This document shows, piece after piece, positions 1-5,317 of a stretch of 5,889 nucleotides of DNA. Where the stretch lies: IMG/VR virus record IMGVR_UViG_3300045988_003806; one strand, given 5' to 3'. Each line of letters starts with the position of its first letter. Position 1 is the first letter of the stretch. Below the pieces are notes generated by a model. That model did not search any database. It was given only the letters and a program-made list of their open reading frames with translations, and had not been told where the DNA came from. This stretch comes from a virus. The position numbers were made by a program, and so were the translations under genes.

Positions 1-99
1 CTTTTTTTTTGATACAACATAAATAGTCAAACAGCACAAAGATGTGCTCAACAAACTCTGTTTTTACAAAAATAACTTTATGAAAGAGGTGAACTGCCC
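1..99. repeat. Terminal redundancy, copy 1 (identical to 5791-5889). Circular-genome assembly overlap giving a unit length of 5790 nt.
   Basis: Base-by-base comparison shows ctttttttttgatacaacataaatag...gaggtgaactgccc at both window ends, 99/99 identical and in direct orientation. Confidence 0.95.
33..48 (+). other. Small hairpin AGCACA-aaga-TGTGCT in the leader upstream of the 120/205 ORFs. A second copy lies at 5823-5838 inside the terminal overlap.
   Basis: Perfect 6-bp inverted repeat with a 4-nt loop. It shares the GCACAAA...TGTGC core with the hairpin at 5175-5194. Confidence 0.4.
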
Positions 100-119
100 T
101 GACTCTCCAAGAAATCAAG

Positions 120-203
120 ATGCTGTTTGAAAACATCCAAAAAATCCTCGCCATGCTGGACAAAATCTACCACGCAGTAACAGGAAACGAACCGGAGGCT
201 TAA
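120..203 (+). CDS. Possible 27-aa small ORF (MLFENIQKILAMLDKIYHAVTGNEPEA), hypothetical.
   Basis: Hand translation: ATG at 120, TAA at 201-203, ending 1 nt before the ATG of the next gene. No convincing Shine-Dalgarno upstream, and below the ORF-track length cutoff. Confidence 0.2.
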   Translation: MLFENIQKILAMLDKIYHAVTGNEPEA

Positions 204-204
204 C

Positions 205-432
205 ATGGAGAACAAACCATGGAATGTAAGAGACCAGACCGAAGAGAACCTTATGCAGGAATTGATGAAAACCTACAAGGCAATAGACGCCGCATACAGT
301 ATGATCAAAAAGGCCGCAACAATCGAAGACGCAAAATACTACGTTGACCTCGCGTTTCGCAAGAAGGCGGCAGCAAACTACATTGAGGTAGAAATCCTCA
401 GGAGGGACATTAACCGTGGCAAAAAGGAGTAA
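205..432 (+). CDS. Hypothetical 75-aa protein, predicted mostly helical and charged. No family recognised.
   Basis: ATG at 205 preceded by GGAGG (194-198) at 6-nt spacing. Same strand as the core genes, and its stop is directly followed by the next ORF. Confidence 0.6.
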   Translation: MENKPWNVRDQTEENLMQELMKTYKAIDAAYSMIKKAATIEDAKYYVDLAFRKKAAANYIEVEILRRDINRGKKE

Positions 433-433
433 A

Positions 434-535
434 GTGCGAAAATCCAAAGACACAAAAATCTACAACAAGACAGCACGCAAGACCAAGGCCATTAACCTGG
501 GGAGCGGAGCGATGAGAGGGGGCATCAGACTGTGA
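434..535 (+). CDS. 33-aa highly basic peptide (M/V)RKSKDTKIYNKTARKTKAINLGSGAMRGGIRL. Candidate gokushovirus ORF8 / J-like DNA-binding (genome-condensing) protein.
   Basis: Hand translation: GTG at 434, TGA at 533-535. AAGGAG (424-429) lies just upstream. 10 of 33 residues are K/R. The C-terminal RGG-x-R-(L/F) ending matches what I recall for ORF8 proteins of Chlamydia phages and SpV4. It sits upstream of VP5/VP3. Confidence 0.55.
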   Translation: MRKSKDTKIYNKTARKTKAINLGSGAMRGGIRL

Positions 536-630
536 GTGTAGTATTCGCAGGAATCACAACGGCAGCTCTGGCAAGCGCGTTTCTATCGATTATAATCGCA
601 ATCAACATCATCAAAGAATGGTTCAAGTAA
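532..630 (+). CDS. 32-aa hydrophobic single-pass membrane peptide (M/V)SVVFAGITTAALASAFLSIIIAINIIKEWFK. Function unknown; lysis or membrane-targeting candidate.
   Basis: Hand translation: GTG at 532 overlaps the upstream TGA as GTGA. Purine-rich AGAGGGGG (515-522) lies 9 nt upstream. The TAA at 628-630 is embedded in the next gene's RBS (GTAAGGAGG). About 24 consecutive apolar residues are followed by KEWFK. Confidence 0.35.
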   Translation: MSVVFAGITTAALASAFLSIIIAINIIKEWFK

Positions 631-642
631 GGAGGCAATCAT

Positions 643-879
643 ATGAACGTATACGGAATCTTCGACAAATGCGTGATGGGTTACATCACCATCTTTACCG
701 AGCGCGAAGACAAAGTAGCCGAACGCAATTTCAAAATCGCATTAACTGACCCGGCCAACATCATGAGCAAAACGACCAGCGACTATCGGTTAGTGCGCCT
801 GGCAAAGTTTGACGAAAAAACGGGCCTGTTTGAGAACGAAAAGGAGAACATCTTCGATGGCGTATCGCTCAGTAAGTAA
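643..879 (+). CDS. VP5: Gokushovirus ORF5/VP5-like small nonstructural protein (78 aa).
   Basis: Strong RBS AAGGAGG (629-635) 7 nt before the ATG. The residue pattern (IFD near the N-terminus, A-x-R-x-F, DY-x-L, FD-x-x-TG-x-F) matches the ORF5 family as I recall it. Lies directly upstream of, and overlaps, the scaffold gene. Confidence 0.65.
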   Translation: MNVYGIFDKCVMGYITIFTEREDKVAERNFKIALTDPANIMSKTTSDYRLVRLAKFDEKTGLFENEKENIFDGVSLSK

Positions 880-1336
880 CTTCAGAGAGACTGCAACGGC
901 AAAGCCCACTGAGGCCGGAGAGACCATCAGACGGACGTATCTCTGGGAAATCAACAAGAAAGGCGAAAAGGTACTGACGCTTGACCAGACCATCGACCAG
1001 CAGGCGGAAATCGACAGCTATCTGGAAGAGACCAAGCTGGAAAACATCATCCGGCGAGCATCCATCGACCCTGACATTGCGGCCAGGCTAATTCCGGACG
1101 TGGGTGGCGGGCTTCAGGACGCAACCCAGATGCCGGAGAATCTGATGGAGCTTCAGAACATCATGCTCCGGGCCGAGCAAATCTGGAATGAAATCCCGAA
1201 GGAAATCAAGCTCAAGTTTGACAATGACGTCGACAAGTTTGTCGCAAGCTTCGGCACTGTTGATTGGGCAAAAAATCTGGGCATTTATCAGGAAAAGCCG
1301 CCTGAAGAGCCTAAAAAGGAGGAAGCCACTGAATGA
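857..1336 (+). CDS. VP3: Internal scaffolding protein VP3 (159 aa from the ATG at 857).
   Basis: The track ORF opens at a TTG (809), but the first in-frame ATG (857) has AAGGAGA (841-847) 9 nt upstream. It has the acidic, helical composition typical of gokushovirus VP3, including the segment ...LQDATQMPENLMELQN...IPKEIKLKFDND...F. Its stop overlaps the VP1 start as ATGA (1333-1336). Confidence 0.8.
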   Translation: MAYRSVSNFRETATAKPTEAGETIRRTYLWEINKKGEKVLTLDQTIDQQAEIDSYLEETKLENIIRRASIDPDIAARLIPDVGGGLQDATQMPENLMELQNIMLRAEQIWNEIPKEIKLKFDNDVDKFVASFGTVDWAKNLGIYQEKPPEEPKKEEATE

Positions 1337-2982
1337 ACAGGAACAAAGACGCAGGGTTTAACCAAGTTCCGCGACTGGACATTACGCGAAGTCGCTTCAA
1401 ACGGCGGCAGGATGTCAAGCTGACCATGAACGCAGGCCAGCTCATTCCGTTCTATGTGGACGAAGTGCTCCCAGGCGATACCTTTAGCATTGACCAAGCG
1501 GCAATTGTCCGTATGACAACGCCTATCTTTCCGGTAATGGACAACTGCCACATGGATATTTACTACTTCAACGTGCCGTGCCGTATCATCTGGGACCACT
1601 TCAAACGATTTATGGGCGAAAACGATACTGGGCCGTGGGCACAGAATCAGGAATACACCATTCCGCAGGTCAAAGTAACTGGCACGGAAGACAAGCCCGC
1701 ACCTTACGAGGGAAGCATCATGGATTACATGGGCATTCCTACCAAGGTGAGTAAAGGAACTGACAGTGCATTCAGCGTTAATGCACTACCGTTTAGAGCC
1801 TACGCTATGATTTGGCAGGAGTGGTTCCGAGACCAGAACGTAGACAATCCGGCCATCAACAGCACCGCAGACGCAACCGTAAACTATACGGACGATGAAA
1901 CCAAGGGCATGGACGCAACGACACCTGATCTTGAGTACATCCTTCAGAACGCATACACAGGCGGCAGGCCACTGCCGGTAAATAAGTACCACGACTACTT
2001 CACATCGGCTTTGCCTTCCCCGCAGAAAGCGGGGGATCCTGTAAGAATCCCGCTAAACGGCGAAGCACCAGTATACGGATACGACGATGCAAACAGAAAA
2101 AAAATAACAAGCGGCCTGTCGGTATTCTCAGACGTAAGTAACGACACTAAACCGTTAGGAATATACGGCACCGCAGGACCCAGTTACACAAGAATATATC
2201 TGGGCGCAAGTATGGATGAAGTATCGGCAACAACAGTCAACCAGCTGCGACAGGCATTCCAGGTACAAAAGTACTATGAGCAGCTGGCACGAGGCGGTAG
2301 CCGCTACCGCGAGATGATCTACAGTTTGTTCCACACCAAGATTTCGGACAAAACTGTGCAGATTCCGGAATATCTGGGTGGTACGCGCATCACTATCAAC
2401 ATGAGCCAGGTCATCCAGACCAGCGGCACGACACAAGAAAGTCCGCAGGGCAACGCCGCGGCAATCAGTGTTACGCCGTACAACGGGAGCATGTTCACCA
2501 AGAGCTTCGAAGAGCACGGCTATGTTATCGGCGTATGCTGCATCCGGCATGACCATACCTACCAGCAGGGCTTGGAGCGTATGTGGAGTCGCAAGACCAA
2601 TTTGGACTTTTACTATCCTGTCTTCGCAAATCTGGGCGAGCAGGCCATTCTGAAGAAGGAGCTGTATCTCACTGGTACGAAAGCTGATGAACAGGCATTC
2701 GGCTATCAAGAAGCATGGGCAGAATACCGAATGAAGCCAAACCGCATCAGCGGCAAGTTCCGTTCGAATGCAACGGGGACGTTGGACAGCTGGCACTACG
2801 GCGATAATTACAAAGAGACTCCGAGTCTGAGCCAGGCATGGATGAAGGAAGGAGACTCCGAAATCCAGAGGACTCTGGCCGTGGATAACGAGCCGCAGTT
2901 TATCATGGACACCGTCATTGATAACACATCTGTAAGACCTATGCCGATGTACAGTATTCCTGGACTCGTAGATCATCACTAA
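1333..2982 (+). CDS. VP1: Major capsid protein VP1 (Microviridae F-protein family, gokushovirus type), 549 aa.
   Basis: RBS AAGGAGGAAG (1316-1325). Hallmark segments are RSRF, MNAGQLIPFYVDEVLPGDTF, TPIFPVMDN...YYFNVPCRIIW, HDYFTSALPSPQK, TVNQLRQAFQVQKYYEQLARGGSRYREMIYSLF and GYQEAWAEYR. It is the longest ORF in the window. Confidence 0.97.
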   Translation: MNRNKDAGFNQVPRLDITRSRFKRRQDVKLTMNAGQLIPFYVDEVLPGDTFSIDQAAIVRMTTPIFPVMDNCHMDIYYFNVPCRIIWDHFKRFMGENDTGPWAQNQEYTIPQVKVTGTEDKPAPYEGSIMDYMGIPTKVSKGTDSAFSVNALPFRAYAMIWQEWFRDQNVDNPAINSTADATVNYTDDETKGMDATTPDLEYILQNAYTGGRPLPVNKYHDYFTSALPSPQKAGDPVRIPLNGEAPVYGYDDANRKKITSGLSVFSDVSNDTKPLGIYGTAGPSYTRIYLGASMDEVSATTVNQLRQAFQVQKYYEQLARGGSRYREMIYSLFHTKISDKTVQIPEYLGGTRITINMSQVIQTSGTTQESPQGNAAAISVTPYNGSMFTKSFEEHGYVIGVCCIRHDHTYQQGLERMWSRKTNLDFYYPVFANLGEQAILKKELYLTGTKADEQAFGYQEAWAEYRMKPNRISGKFRSNATGTLDSWHYGDNYKETPSLSQAWMKEGDSEIQRTLAVDNEPQFIMDTVIDNTSVRPMPMYSIPGLVDHH

Positions 2983-2992
2983 GAAAGGGGGA

Positions 2993-3023
2993 AGCCCGGG
3001 GCAAAACCCCGGGCTATTTTATT
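2993..3023 (+). terminator. GC-rich hairpin (9-bp stem AGCCCGGGG/CCCCGGGCT, loop CAAAA) plus a short T tract. Probable leaky terminator/attenuator between VP1 and VP2.
   Basis: Perfect inverted repeat 2993-3001 / 3007-3015 followed by ATTTTATT, ending immediately at the VP2 ATG (3024). Confidence 0.5.
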
Positions 3024-3884
3024 ATGGCGTTAGCAGCAATCGGCAGCGCACTACTCGGAATCGGCAAACAACTACTCCCGACGATCGCCGGAGGACTCAT
3101 AAACAAAGTGTTGGGCGGCAGTCTGATGGAGAGCAACGGAGGAAGCCAACAGCACAACGAAAGTTCAAGTCAGGGAGGCGGCTACAGCAGCAGCGCCAGC
3201 GGCGTAAACCGAGAACAGAACCTGAAAGACTGGAACAGTATGCTAGGGGCAATTCAAAGCAATATGCAAAGCCAGCAGAAGTTTAACCGTAAAAGCATGT
3301 TCGAGCAAATGGGCTATAACACCATGGCAGCAATCACTCAGGGTATATATAACCAGATAAGCAACAACGCGGCGATGTCCTACAACAGCGCAGAAGCAGC
3401 CAAAAACAGAGCTTGGCAAGAGCAAATGAGCAATACAGCTTATCAGAGAGCCGTGGAAGATATGCGAAAAGCAGGAATAAACCCTATCTTAGCATATCAA
3501 CAGGGCGGAGCAAGCACTCCGGGAGGTGCGCAGGGTACAATCAGCGGGGCAAGCATGGGACTCGCAAGCAGCAGTGCGGCGACCGCAAGTGCTCTTGGAG
3601 TAAGCCAGAACCACAACAACACATGGAGTAAAAGCGAAAGCAACTGGTACAACGCAGCACAAGCAGTTGGAGACGCTACAAGCTGGTCGCACACAAGCGC
3701 AGACAAAGCGTTTAAGGCATTCCAAGACGTCTTCAACGACCTCAGCAACCTAAACAGTAACGTCAACAGTAACGTCGGCGGAGGTGCAGGGAGGAACCCG
3801 AAGAAAGATGAGCTCGAATACAAACCGGGAAAAGACTTCATCGGAAGCAAAAACATCGAATTTTGGAAAGGAAAACTTAAATAA
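3024..3884 (+). CDS. VP2: Minor capsid / DNA pilot protein VP2 (286 aa).
   Basis: Hydrophobic Gly/Ala-rich N-terminus, low-complexity S/G/Q/N regions and the conserved segment WQEQMSNTAYQRAVEDMRKAGINPILAY (nt 3414-3497) typical of gokushovirus VP2. Lies directly after VP1. Confidence 0.9.
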   Translation: MALAAIGSALLGIGKQLLPTIAGGLINKVLGGSLMESNGGSQQHNESSSQGGGYSSSASGVNREQNLKDWNSMLGAIQSNMQSQQKFNRKSMFEQMGYNTMAAITQGIYNQISNNAAMSYNSAEAAKNRAWQEQMSNTAYQRAVEDMRKAGINPILAYQQGGASTPGGAQGTISGASMGLASSSAATASALGVSQNHNNTWSKSESNWYNAAQAVGDATSWSHTSADKAFKAFQDVFNDLSNLNSNVNSNVGGGAGRNPKKDELEYKPGKDFIGSKNIEFWKGKLK

Positions 3885-4904
3885 ATGGGGTGTAACAAGC
3901 CGTTAATCCGGTTTTATGTACCTCATGACAGGGAGGCGAGCGGGCGTGTATACTCGCTCGCTTCTTTTAATGCAACACATAAAACCAACATGAGATACGA
4001 AGATCTGATGTATCGTAAAGATGTGATGATGATTCCATGCGGACAATGTACAGGATGCAAACTACGCAAGCGAAAAGACTGGGCAACGCGGATGGAGCTA
4101 GAAGCATACAGCCACGACAAAGAAAGCATCTGGTTTATCACATTAACCTATGATGACGACCATGTGCCAACACAGAACACGGAAACAGGGGAAATCTTCA
4201 AGGGAGGCGTGAACGTCTGGAAAGGCGCCTCAGAGCGTCCTAGAACGGTGCAAACTTTAAGCGTGGAGGATGTCCAGTTATTCATGAAAAGGCTTAGAAA
4301 GGCCGTCAGAGAGCCTATCAGATACTTCTTAGCCGGAGAGTATGGAGACAACACCTCAAGACCACACTATCACATGATACTGTACGGGTGGTATCCAGAC
4401 GACTTAAAGCCAATTCACAAGCTATCAAGGTTTGGACACTACACGAGCGATAAGCTAGTCAAGGTCTGGGGACAAGGGACAGTTGACATAGCTCAAGCAA
4501 CGCCAGAAACGTATAACTACGTAGCTGGATATGTGACCAAGAAGCTGTACGGAAACGACAGAGACAGGTACAAGAAAATGGGACTCAGACCGCCATTCTG
4601 TGTGATGAGCCGAAAGCCAGGCCTCGGAGACAAATGGTTTCAAGAGAATCAAGAAAGGCTATGGCAACTTGGATATATCCAGCTGACAAACGGCAAGAGA
4701 GCAGCCATTCCAGAATATTATTGGCGAAAGCTGGAAGCTGAAAATCCTGAAAAGGCGTGGAGAATCAAGCAGTATCGACAAGAAAAAGCCATTGCATCCC
4801 TAATCGAAAGAAACATGGAAACTGACAAACGGTATGCCGAACAACTGGCCGATAAAGAAACAATCATGAAGAAGAAGATGTCCAAAGCAAAGGGCGTTTT
4901 TTAG
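3885..4904 (+). CDS. VP4: Rolling-circle replication initiation protein VP4 (HUH endonuclease superfamily), 339 aa.
   Basis: Motif I FITLTY (4134-4151), HUH motif PHYHMILYG (H-Y-H at 4365-4373), Tyr motif YNYVAGYVTKK (4512-4544) and N-terminal CGQCTGC (4038-4058). The ATG abuts the VP2 stop (TAAATG). Confidence 0.95.
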   Translation: MGCNKPLIRFYVPHDREASGRVYSLASFNATHKTNMRYEDLMYRKDVMMIPCGQCTGCKLRKRKDWATRMELEAYSHDKESIWFITLTYDDDHVPTQNTETGEIFKGGVNVWKGASERPRTVQTLSVEDVQLFMKRLRKAVREPIRYFLAGEYGDNTSRPHYHMILYGWYPDDLKPIHKLSRFGHYTSDKLVKVWGQGTVDIAQATPETYNYVAGYVTKKLYGNDRDRYKKMGLRPPFCVMSRKPGLGDKWFQENQERLWQLGYIQLTNGKRAAIPEYYWRKLEAENPEKAWRIKQYRQEKAIASLIERNMETDKRYAEQLADKETIMKKKMSKAKGVF

Positions 4905-4914
4905 CTCTGGTGTC

Positions 4915-4968
4915 ACTCAGCCAAGTAACTATCAAGTATATATACTTGGCTGAGTATTTTTTATTTTA
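4915..4968 (+). terminator. Long hairpin (13-bp stem, 15-nt loop) followed by a T6 tract. Intrinsic terminator after VP4, with an alternative internal palindrome.
   Basis: ACTCAGCCAAGTA (4915-4927) pairs perfectly with TACTTGGCTGAGT (4943-4955), followed by ATTTTTTATTTT. CAAGTATATATACTTG (4933-4948) is itself a perfect 16-nt palindrome that competes for the same 3' arm. Confidence 0.6.
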
Positions 4969-4977
4969 TTGAATCGT

Positions 4978-5010
4978 TCGCGCACGCGCACGAAATCGCG
5001 CACGCGCACG
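4978..5010. repeat. Two perfect direct copies of TCGCGCACGCGCACG separated by AAA. Alternating pyrimidine-purine GC block.
   Basis: Copies at 4978-4992 and 4996-5010. Strict Py-Pu alternation over 4979-4992 (14 nt) and 4997-5014 (18 nt). Bracketed by the inverted hexamers AATCGT (4972-4977) / ACGATT (5012-5017) and by AT-rich ATTTTATT tracts. Confidence 0.85.
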
Positions 5011-5042
5011 CACGATTTTTATTATTTTATTATTTACTTGTT

Positions 5043-5058
5043 GTAGTAGTAGTAGTAG
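5043..5058. repeat. (GTA)5 trinucleotide microsatellite.
   Basis: gtagtagtagtagtag read directly in noncoding sequence. Confidence 0.9.
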
Positions 5059-5062
5059 GGAG

Positions 5063-5239
5063 TGTTGAAATGTTGAAAACTATAAATTTTTATCCGTGGA
5101 ACGATATTTTTTTACTGATTTTGATATTGAAACTTTTGTTGAAAACTTGTTGAATTGTTGAAAGTATAGCAATATGCACAAAACCATTTGTGCAACTTTT
5201 TGTGGAAAACCTGTTGAAAGTGTTGAAAGTGTTGAAAAC
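5063..5239 (+). repeat. Iteron array: 8 same-orientation copies of TGTTGAA (7 of them TGTTGAAA) in three clusters, plus 2 one-mismatch copies.
   Basis: Copies start at 5063, 5071 | 5137, 5148 (TGTTGAAT), 5156 | 5212, 5221, 5230. Degenerate copies are TATTGAAA at 5125 and TGTGGAAA at 5201. Spacing within clusters is 8-12 nt. An AT-rich spacer lies at 5081-5124. Confidence 0.9.
5175..5194 (+). other. Hairpin TGCACAAA-acca-TTTGTGCA between iteron clusters II and III.
   Basis: Perfect 8-bp inverted repeat with a 4-nt loop. Confidence 0.5.
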
Positions 5240-5250
5240 TCAATCAGAGG

Positions 5251-5317
5251 CAGCTCGGCAGCTGGCCGGAAAGTTGCGTCATGCTCTTCGTGCGGCGCAC
5301 CGCGCCTAACGCATGAC
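5251..5317 (+). other. GC-rich cluster of three predicted stem-loops in otherwise AT-rich noncoding DNA.
   Basis: H1 is CAGCT-cggc-AGCTG (5251-5264). The outer stem is GTCATGC (5278-5284) / GCATGAC (5311-5317). It encloses GGCGC-acc-GCGCC (5294-5306). Confidence 0.45.

Noticed and set aside
1-99. Terminal direct repeat read as a biological LTR, an att duplication or a mobile-element end.
   Set aside because: The repeat is exact, sits precisely at both window ends and cuts through a terminator tail and leader with no flanking host DNA. This is the classic signature of a circular contig overlap.
1-119. Promoter for the main operon in the leader after the cassette terminator. Candidates were TTTACA at 63-68, TTGATA at 9-14 and TAACTTTA at 73-80.
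   Set aside because: No -35/-10 pair with acceptable spacing could be assembled. A promoter probably exists here or upstream, but I cannot place it from sequence alone.
618-749. 43-aa Arg-rich ORF (MVQVRRQSYERIRNLRQMRDGLHHHLYRARRQ...) overprinted on the start of VP5.
   Set aside because: No RBS, and its start lies inside the TM-peptide ORF. A better J-like basic peptide already exists at 434-535. Arg-rich alternative frames are common by chance in purine-rich coding DNA.
809-856. The TTG start at 809 given by the ORF track for the scaffold gene.
   Set aside because: It has no RBS and would overlap VP5 by 71 nt. The in-frame ATG at 857 has AAGGAGA at ideal spacing, so the CDS is called from 857.
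2468-3631. Plus-strand out-of-frame ORFs 2468-2653 (inside VP1) and 3413-3631 (inside VP2).
   Set aside because: No Shine-Dalgarno, and Arg/Ser/Ala-rich alternative-frame composition. Overprinted genes do occur in Microviridae, but nothing here supports these beyond an open frame.
5090-5098. TTATCCGTG as a DnaA box.
   Set aside because: It matches only 6 of 9 positions of TTATCCACA, and the invariant CACA end is wrong. The better DnaA-like match, TGTGGAAAA at 5201, is discussed under the iteron finding.
5070-5100. Possible dif-like Xer recombination site, a known route to lysogeny for some gokushoviruses and filamentous phages. GAAAACTATAAATTTT loosely resembles the centre of the streptococcal difSL site as I recall it.
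   Set aside because: Only the AT-rich central part matches, and both flanking recombinase-binding arms fail to align. I found no convincing 28-31-nt dif-like palindrome elsewhere by eye. This needs a real search against host dif sequences before any claim.
5070-5153. 27-aa hydrophobic ORF MLKTINFYPWNDIFLLILILKLLLKTC, with GGGAG 7 nt upstream.
   Set aside because: The open frame and its Leu/Lys content follow directly from TTGAAA repeats and the AT-rich spacer. Codon composition is unlike the real genes. Worth checking only if ribosome profiling or conservation data exist.
5063-5239. The TGTTGAAA repeat array read as a CRISPR array.
   Set aside because: The repeat unit is only 7-8 nt, spacers are 0-4 nt within clusters, and there are no 25-40 nt repeats or unique spacers.
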